Assembly (NCBI RefSeq): GCF_035535915.1
Contig: NZ_DATLPB010000012.1
Location: 988-64,987, forward strand
Direction of reading: 5' to 3'
Source: Acidocella sp.
GTDB lineage: Bacteria; Pseudomonadota; Alphaproteobacteria; Acetobacterales; Acetobacteraceae
DNA: 64,000 nt
The position numbers and the translations under genes were made by a program. Below are positions 58,296 to 64,000 of this stretch, piece by piece; the stretch's first letter is position 1, and every line of letters begins with the position of its first letter. The notes beneath the pieces were generated by a model that saw only the letters and a list, made by a program, of their open reading frames with translations, was not told the origin of the DNA and searched no databases.

Positions 58296-58445
58296 GATCA
58301 GGCCGCGAGTCGAGCGGCGCGACATTGAAGAATGGGCAGCGGCGAATCGGTGACGTCCCCGGGATGGGACGGGGGTATGCTGGCTCACGAAAGGGTGATG
58401 AACGGCGTTCACAAACGCCGTTCATCGGAACATCCCGAGAACAGA

Positions 58446-58466
58446 CTGCACGCATGGTGCACGGAT
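58446..58466. repeat. Putative integrase arm-type site (right)
   Basis: Identical 21-mer to 15702-15722. Confidence 0.7.
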
Positions 58467-58514
58467 AGGCATGTGAAGTTGCAGTTTTGTACGCAAATTC
58501 GTGATGACGGGCAC

Positions 58515-58543
58515 TTGCGGTCCTACCCCTAAAAGGCTAGGAA
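58515..58543 (+). promoter_or_regulatory. Phage-side promoter candidate for the reconstituted tRNA-Thr
   Basis: TTGCGG-N17-TAGGAA (GCTA extended), 22 nt before the tRNA. Confidence 0.5.
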
Positions 58544-58565
58544 CCGGGCCATCAACCGCGGTTTT

Positions 58566-58640
58566 GCTGTCATAGCTCAGGGGTAGAGCACTTCATTGGT
58601 AATGAAGAGGTCCTGGGTTCAATTCCCAGTGACAGCACCA
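58566..58640 (+). tRNA. tRNA-Thr(GGT), intact; 58566-58607 is the attR core
   Basis: Cloverleaf: acceptor GCTGTCA/TGACAGC, anticodon loop TTGGTAA, TTCAATT T-loop, CCA end. Confidence 0.97.
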
Positions 58641-58686
58641 GCGGGGTTGAAACGGAAGGCCGCTTGGTTTAGGCGTTCCCCGGCGT

Positions 58687-58762
58687 GCCCAGGTAGCTCA
58701 GTTGGTAGAGCATGCGACTGAAAATCGCAGTGTCGATGGTTCGATTCCGTCCCTGGGCACCA
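58687..58762 (+). tRNA. tRNA-Phe(GAA)
   Basis: GCCCAGG acceptor, CTGAAAA loop, GGTTCGATTCC, CCA; 76 nt. Confidence 0.97.
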
Positions 58763-58944
58763 TTTATTCCCCTCCATTCATTTTTTTGCATGTTCCACTA
58801 TGCCAGCCTCTGGTGTTTTTCCGAGGTGAGGGCTAGATGTTTGCTCGCGCTCGGGCATTCCGTTGGCGGAGCCTGAAGCGTTTATTATAAGATGGCTTGG
58901 CGAAAAGCCTGGTCAGGATTTGCAACAGGAAAAGAGGCTAAGAC

Positions 58945-59214
58945 ATGTCGAAAGCATTCATTGCTGAGGTTATTCAGAATTCCGCAGAGATTACCGGCGT
59001 GTCCGCGAATCGCGCTGCAACCGATCTGATCGAGGCGATCGTCAAGGAAATGAAGAAGAACGGCAAGTTCACGCTGCCGAGCTTCGGCACCTTCACCGTG
59101 CGCAAGACCAAGGCCCGCAAAGGCGTGAATCCGCGCACCGGCGAAGAGATCAAGGTGAAGGCCGGCAAGACCGTGCGCTTCAAGGCCTCGCCGTCGCTGA
59201 AGAAGATGGTCTAA
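58945..59214 (+). CDS. HU family DNA-binding protein
   Basis: FGTFTV...ARKGVNPRTGEEI...VRFKAS. Confidence 0.92.
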   Translation: MSKAFIAEVIQNSAEITGVSANRAATDLIEAIVKEMKKNGKFTLPSFGTFTVRKTKARKGVNPRTGEEIKVKAGKTVRFKASPSLKKMV

Positions 59215-59241
59215 ACGCAGCAGGTTTTTTTGCGCTAAAAA

Positions 59242-59272
59242 AAACAGCCCGGTCGCCCCGGGCTGTTTTTTT
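59242..59272. terminator. Bidirectional intrinsic terminator between HU and parE
   Basis: A-run, CAGCCCGG-loop-CCGGGCTG, T-run. Confidence 0.8.
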
Positions 59273-59301
59273 ATGAGCGAGGCGCCGGGAACGGGCCGGC
59301 G

Positions 59302-61275
59302 TCAGATATCCAGTTCGGTCACGTTGCCGGCGTTTTCCTGGATGAACTGGAAGCGCAGTTCCGGCCGCTTGCCCATCAGGTTTTCCACGATCGTCGAGGT
59401 TTCCGCGCGGTCTTCGGGCGGTGCGACGATTCGCAGCAGCACCCGCTTGGCCGGGTCCATGGTGGTATCCTTGAGGATCGCAGGCGGCATCTCGCCCAGC
59501 CCCTTGAAGCGGCTGACCTCGATCTTGGCGCCGGGCTTGAAGGTTTTGACGAGTCGCTCGCGCTCGGCATCGTCCATCGCATAGACGCTCTTGGCGCCCT
59601 GGACGATGCGGTAGAGCGGCGGCTGCGCCAGGTAGACATGGCCGTGGCGGATCAGCTCCGGCAGTTCGCGGTAGAAGAACGTCATCAGCAGCGAGGCGAT
59701 GTGCGCGCCGTCGACATCCGCGTCGGTCATGATGATGACGCGCTCATAGCGCAGATTGGCACGGTTGAATTGCGGGCCGACGCCGCAGCCCAGCGCCTCG
59801 ATGAGGTCCTTCAATTCCTGGTTCTGGCGCAGCTTTTCCACCGAGGCGGAAGCGACGTTGAGGATTTTGCCGCGCAGCGGCAGAATCGCCTGGCTGTTGC
59901 GGTTGCGGGCCTGCTTGGCGGAGCCGCCGGCGGAGTCGCCCTCGACCAGGAAAATCTCCGTGCCGTCGGCGCTTTCGGCGCTGCAATCGGCGAGCTTGCC
60001 GGGCAGGCGCAGCCGGCGCGTCGCCGATTTGCGCGGCGTGTCCTTGAGCTCCTTGCGGCGCAGCCGCTCCTCGGCGCGGTCGATGACGAAGGCGAGCAGA
60101 TTGTCGGCGTTGTTCGGGTCGCCGGCGAGGAAATGGTCGAAGCGGTCGCGCAGCGACGCCTCGGTCAGCTTCGCGGCTTCCGGGCTGGTGAGCTTTTCCT
60201 TGGTCTGGCCCTGGAATTGCGGTTCGCGGATGAACAGCGACAATTTGGCGGCGAGGCCGCCGGCGACGTCCTCGCCGATAATGGCGGCGCCGCGCTTGTT
60301 GCCGCGGGACTCGGCCCAGGCGCGCAGCCCTTTGAGCAGGGCGGCGCGGAAGCCGCTTTCGTGCGTGCCGCCCTGCGGGGTGGGGATGGTATTGCAGTAA
60401 GTGTCGAGCTTGGAGTCGCCGCGCTCGAGCCAGGCGCAGGCCCATTCCAGCTTGCCCTGGCTGGTGCCGTCCGGCAGGTCGGGGAGCTTGGCTTCGCCGG
60501 CCCAGATCTCCTGCAGCACGCGGGGCGCGTCGCCGAGTTCGGCTTCCAGCGAATCGCGCAGGCCGCCGGGAAAATGCAGCTCGGCGGTGGCGGGTGTTTC
60601 CGAATCGGCCTTCAGCAGGCTGGGGTCGGCCGCCCATTTGATGCGCATGCCGCGGAACAGATAGGCTTTCGAGCGGCACAGCCGGTAGAGCCGGGCCGGC
60701 GAGAAGAGCTTATCGCCGAAAATTTCGCTGTCCGGCACGAAGCGGATGCTGGTGCCACGGCGGTTCTGGATCGGCCCGAGGTCCTGCAGCCCGCCTTGGG
60801 GAACGCCGCGGGCGAAGTCCTGGCGGTAGAGTCGCTTCTCGCGCGCCACTTCGGCGGTGAGGCTGGAGGAGAGGGCGTTGACCACGGAGGAGCCGACGCC
60901 ATGCAGGCCGCCGGAGGTGGCGTAAGCCTTGCCCGAGAACTTTCCGCCCGAATGCAAGGTGGTGAGAATGACCTCGAGCGCGGATTTGTCCTTGAATTTC
61001 GGGTGCGGGTCGACCGGGATGCCGCGGCCATTGTCGCGGATGGTCAGCCGGTTGCCGGCTTCCAGCGTCATTTCGATGAAGGTGGCGTGGCCGGCGACGG
61101 CCTCGTCCATGGCATTGTCGAGGATTTCCGCGGCGAGATGGTGCAAGGCGGTCTCGTCGGTGCCGCCGATATACATGCCTGGCCGGCGCCGAACGGGCTC
61201 CAGCCCTTCGAGAACCTCAATATCCTTGGCCGAGTATTTCGGCTCGGCGCCGCTCGTCTCGAATAGATCGCTCAA
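59302..61275 (-). CDS. parE: DNA topoisomerase IV subunit B
   Basis: GLEPVRRRPGMYIG, LHSGGKF, VEGDSAGGSAK, MTDADVDGAHI and RFKGLGEM; 657 aa without the GyrB insertion. Confidence 0.93.
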   Translation of the reverse strand: MSDLFETSGAEPKYSAKDIEVLEGLEPVRRRPGMYIGGTDETALHHLAAEILDNAMDEAVAGHATFIEMTLEAGNRLTIRDNGRGIPVDPHPKFKDKSALEVILTTLHSGGKFSGKAYATSGGLHGVGSSVVNALSSSLTAEVAREKRLYRQDFARGVPQGGLQDLGPIQNRRGTSIRFVPDSEIFGDKLFSPARLYRLCRSKAYLFRGMRIKWAADPSLLKADSETPATAELHFPGGLRDSLEAELGDAPRVLQEIWAGEAKLPDLPDGTSQGKLEWACAWLERGDSKLDTYCNTIPTPQGGTHESGFRAALLKGLRAWAESRGNKRGAAIIGEDVAGGLAAKLSLFIREPQFQGQTKEKLTSPEAAKLTEASLRDRFDHFLAGDPNNADNLLAFVIDRAEERLRRKELKDTPRKSATRRLRLPGKLADCSAESADGTEIFLVEGDSAGGSAKQARNRNSQAILPLRGKILNVASASVEKLRQNQELKDLIEALGCGVGPQFNRANLRYERVIIMTDADVDGAHIASLLMTFFYRELPELIRHGHVYLAQPPLYRIVQGAKSVYAMDDAERERLVKTFKPGAKIEVSRFKGLGEMPPAILKDTTMDPAKRVLLRIVAPPEDRAETSTIVENLMGKRPELRFQFIQENAGNVTELDI

Positions 61276-61374
61276 ATCGTCCGACTCCGGGTTGGTCCGC
61301 CATTGAGTAGCCAGTTTTGCCTGGTGAGGCCAAGAGCCGGGTGAGCGATCCGCGCGGGCTGATAAGAATAAGGA

Positions 61375-61569
61375 AAGAAAGCGCTACTTTTTGTGAACAA
61401 AAAGTAGCAAAAAAACTTTGTTATGCTGGGCCGTGGGCGTTGTCGCTGACACAGCCCATGCCCTCCGGGGCTATTCCAACGGTGCTGCGCACCGCCGGAA
61501 CCTTCAGCCCCTCCGCCCGGCGTAACAAAAGTTTTTGCGCCGCTTTTTTCAAAAAGCGGCCGCTTTCTT
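61375..61569. repeat. Composite palindromic intergenic repeat, copy E (expanded centre)
   Basis: Both terminal hairpins and AAGAAAG/CTTTCTT ends; centre shares TGGGCGTTGTCGC.GACACAGCCCATG with copy B; abuts the patatin stop. Confidence 0.9.
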
Positions 61570-62744
61570 TATTCGCCGTGGCGGTGGATGTCATGGGTGG
61601 TAATGGCGCTGTCGCTGTCTTTCACGGTGAGCCAGTCCTTGTGCGCAAGCGTGTTGCGCGTGTCGTAATAGCCGGTGCGCCAATGTTCCTTCATCGAGAT
61701 GCGGCTGAACTCGTAATCCTTGGCGTCGCCCTCATAGGCCTTCTGGTGGTAGATCAGCTGCATGATGTTGATTTCCGGCAGGCGCTCGAGTTCGGCCTTG
61801 GCGTGACGCTGCTCTTCGGAAAGCTCCTCGTCCGGGATCATGTTCAGGGCGTCGCGCAGATCTTGTTTAAGCTGATGGGTCTCCTGGAAATAGTCGGTGA
61901 CGATACGGGTGCGGGACGAATATTGGATGTCTTTCTGGCGGGAGAGGACATCGGCCATGTCGCGCGGTATGCTGCCCTGGGCGGAGAAGAGATCGACCTG
62001 AAAGACCAGCACATTCTCCCCGCTTGTATTGCGGAGCAGGTGATATAGCGGCGTGTTGGAGACCAGCCCGCCATCCCAGAAATAATCGCGGCCAATGCGG
62101 ACCATGGGCAAAGCCGGGGGGAGAGCGCCGCTGGCCATGATGTGCTCGGGCGCGATCTCTACATTCTTGTTGTCGAAATAGATGAAATTGGCCGAGGCGA
62201 CGTTGACGGCGCCGACCGCGAAGCGGATCTCGCCATTGTTGATCCGGTTGAAATCGACCAGCTTGCCGAGGGTCGCGTATAAAGGCGACGTGTCATAGAG
62301 CGAGGTGGCCGCGTGCGAGCCGCGCGGGGCGAGCCAGCCATGGCTTAATGTCGGCCGGAAGAAGCCAGGCTGGCCGAAGAGCGTGGCATTGACGGCGGAG
62401 AGCATGTTGCGGAGGCGCCGTGGCGTGTCGCCTGCCGGCCAGGCCGTGAACGGATCCCGGGCGGTGATGTCGAGCCAGAAGCGTTCGAGCTTCCGCAAGC
62501 GCTCTTCCGGTGGGTTGCCGGCGATGATCGCGGAATTAATGGCGCCGATGGAGACGCCGACCACCCAGTCCGGCTCCAGCCCGGCCTCGTGCAGCGCCTG
62601 ATACACGCCGGCCTGATAGGCGCCGAGCGCGCCGCCGCCTTGCAGGACGAGGCCGATCCGGTCGACGCCTTCGGGGCGGGGGAGCGGCTCGATGGGCAAT
62701 AGGGGTTTGCGATGCGGGGCGTGGGGGTCGGTTAGCACATCCAT
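61569..62744 (-). CDS. Patatin-like phospholipase (DUF3734-type)
   Basis: GGGALG, GVSIG and WDGG motifs. Confidence 0.9.
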   Translation of the reverse strand: MDVLTDPHAPHRKPLLPIEPLPRPEGVDRIGLVLQGGGALGAYQAGVYQALHEAGLEPDWVVGVSIGAINSAIIAGNPPEERLRKLERFWLDITARDPFTAWPAGDTPRRLRNMLSAVNATLFGQPGFFRPTLSHGWLAPRGSHAATSLYDTSPLYATLGKLVDFNRINNGEIRFAVGAVNVASANFIYFDNKNVEIAPEHIMASGALPPALPMVRIGRDYFWDGGLVSNTPLYHLLRNTSGENVLVFQVDLFSAQGSIPRDMADVLSRQKDIQYSSRTRIVTDYFQETHQLKQDLRDALNMIPDEELSEEQRHAKAELERLPEINIMQLIYHQKAYEGDAKDYEFSRISMKEHWRTGYYDTRNTLAHKDWLTVKDSDSAITTHDIHRHGE

Positions 62745-62959
62745 GAAGATCGATCTCCGGAAAGCTATGCAGATTCAACTAGCGCCTTTTGTACGCATAT
62801 GGAAATATAGTGTGGGGAAAAATGGGCGGAAGGCAAACACGGGCGCAACAGCGTTTTGCCGCCGGCTGATCGTGATGTGTGGAAAATGGTGACATAAACG
62901 TCACATGAATTTTCCGTTCCCTCTGCCTAAATTATCGCAACGCACAAGGGAGTTCGCAA

Positions 62960-63703
62960 ATGACCCGTGAAGAAATCCTGAACGCGGCATCGATGCCGCT
63001 TGCCTCCCCCAGCTATCCGAAAGGCCCTTACCGCTTCATTCACCGTGAATATTTGCTCATTCATTACGAAACGGATCCGGAGGCGTTGCGCGCATTTTTG
63101 CCCGAACCGCTCGTGCCTGACGGCAACGATGTTTACTTTGAGTGGATGAAAATGCCGGATTCTTCGGGATTTGGCGATTACGAGGAAAGCGGGTGCGGGA
63201 TCGCGGCGTTGTTTAATGGTACGAAATGTAACTACAGCGTCATGATGTATCTCGACGACGAGCCGCCGACCACCGGCGGGCGCGAGATCTGGGGATTTCC
63301 AAAGAAATATGGCGTGCCGCGTTTGCGGACGATTCACGACACGTTGACGGGCACGCTGCATTACGACGAGGAGCGCGTGGCGCTCGGCACCATGGTGTAC
63401 AAGCAGAAGCCGATGGATCACGCCAAGCTGGTCGAGGGCATGAAGAAGCTTAACGTGAATCTCAAATTCATTCCCGATATCGATGGTTCGCCGAAAGTGG
63501 CGCAGCTTGTCGGGTATCATCTGGAAAACATCGATTTGAAATTCGGGTTTACAGGCGAGGCTCGGTTGCATCTGATCCCACACGCCAATTGCCGCTTGGC
63601 GGATTTGCCGGTACGGAAAATTCTTTATGGGCAGCATTTTTGTGCCGACCTGACATTGCCGTATGGCGAGGTTCTGCACGACTATCTGACCGAAACAAAA
63701 TAA
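62960..63703 (+). CDS. adc: Acetoacetate decarboxylase
   Basis: MPLASPSYPKGPYRF, GREIWGFPKK (Schiff-base Lys) and DLTLPYGEV motifs. Confidence 0.9.
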   Translation: MTREEILNAASMPLASPSYPKGPYRFIHREYLLIHYETDPEALRAFLPEPLVPDGNDVYFEWMKMPDSSGFGDYEESGCGIAALFNGTKCNYSVMMYLDDEPPTTGGREIWGFPKKYGVPRLRTIHDTLTGTLHYDEERVALGTMVYKQKPMDHAKLVEGMKKLNVNLKFIPDIDGSPKVAQLVGYHLENIDLKFGFTGEARLHLIPHANCRLADLPVRKILYGQHFCADLTLPYGEVLHDYLTETK

Positions 63704-63716
63704 AGGAGAACGCGAC

Positions 63717-64000
63717 ATGGCGTTAACACTAAAAGGGAAGGTTGCGTTGGTAACCGGTTCGACCAGCGGGATCGGGTACGGCATTGCGCGGGCTCTGGCC
63801 GCGGAAGGTGCGGCGATCATGCTGAACGGGTTCGGCGACGCCGCCGAGATCGAGAAGATCCGCAGCGGCCTGGCGCAGGAGTTCTCCGTGAAGGTGGACT
63901 ATGACGGCGCGGACCTGAGCAAGCCGGATCAGGTGGCGGCGATCGTGCAGAAGACGCATGACCGGCTGGGCAGCCTGGATATTCTGGTGAACAATGCCGG
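63717..64000 (+). CDS. 3-hydroxybutyrate dehydrogenase (SDR), partial
   Basis: LVTGSTSGIG, LNGFGD, DILVNNAG; follows adc. Confidence 0.85.
   Translation, partial: MALTLKGKVALVTGSTSGIGYGIARALAAEGAAIMLNGFGDAAEIEKIRSGLAQEFSVKVDYDGADLSKPDQVAAIVQKTHDRLGSLDILVNNA

Larger units (their letters stand above)
15602..58607. mobile_element. Temperate prophage (~43 kb; lambda-like head, Mu-like contractile tail) integrated in tRNA-Thr(GGT)
   Basis: 42-bp terminal direct repeat; integrase, immunity, replication, packaging, head, tail and lysis modules in canonical order. Confidence 0.96.

Noticed and set aside
25808-58412. GAAC-N3-GTTC palindromes as LexA boxes
   Set aside because: Spacing fits neither the alphaproteobacterial direct repeat (N7) nor the Gram-positive GAAC-N4-GTTC box
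58647-58762. tRNA-Phe also depending on the phage-side promoter
   Set aside because: A separate promoter-like TTGAAA-N17-TAGGCG lies between the two tRNAs, so dependence cannot be claimed
58945-59214. HU gene as part of the prophage or a second island at tRNA-Phe
   Set aside because: Lies outside attR; no integrase or duplicated tRNA-Phe fragment was seen
5435-61569. Palindromic repeats as a CRISPR array
   Set aside because: Copies are dispersed singly in intergenic spaces with no repeat-spacer periodicity, and no cas genes are present

Overview
GC-rich alphaproteobacterial chromosome segment; gene content and order suggest Acetobacteraceae (inference). Host genes flank an apparently near-complete ~43 kb temperate prophage (15602-58607). 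Left flank: pgk(partial)-gapA-tkt, M20 amidohydrolase, pssA-psd, LysM, LOG, yacG-rng-maf-infA-hisD-hisG, murA-dcd. Right flank: tRNA-Thr, tRNA-Phe, HU, parE, patatin, adc, bdh(partial). The prophage is bounded by a 42-bp direct repeat equal to the 5' half of tRNA-Thr(GGT). The intact tRNA lies downstream of the prophage behind a phage-side promoter-like motif, and the host-side promoter now faces a phage DNA methyltransferase. The phage has a lambdoid cI/cro/cII switch with five 15-bp operators, GcrA, DnaB, a lambda-type head, a Mu-type contractile tail, an acyltransferase moron and an unusual lysis region. The most unusual part is the accessory block between attL and the internally placed integrase. 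It holds a chain of small genes joined by a repeated 23-bp RBS/stop/start junction, headed by an intact serine-resolvase-like ORF lacking all canonical catalytic residues, divergent from a DUF4258/DUF2283 toxin-antitoxin-like pair that is followed by a 177-nt inverted-repeat-closed structure. Also seen: a 15-bp palindrome dispersed across the prophage, a G9 frameshift, a -1 slippery site in the tail chaperone, and a host family of composite palindromic intergenic repeats, one of which sits inside the prophage. All family assignments are by recognition of motifs by eye; no database searches were run.
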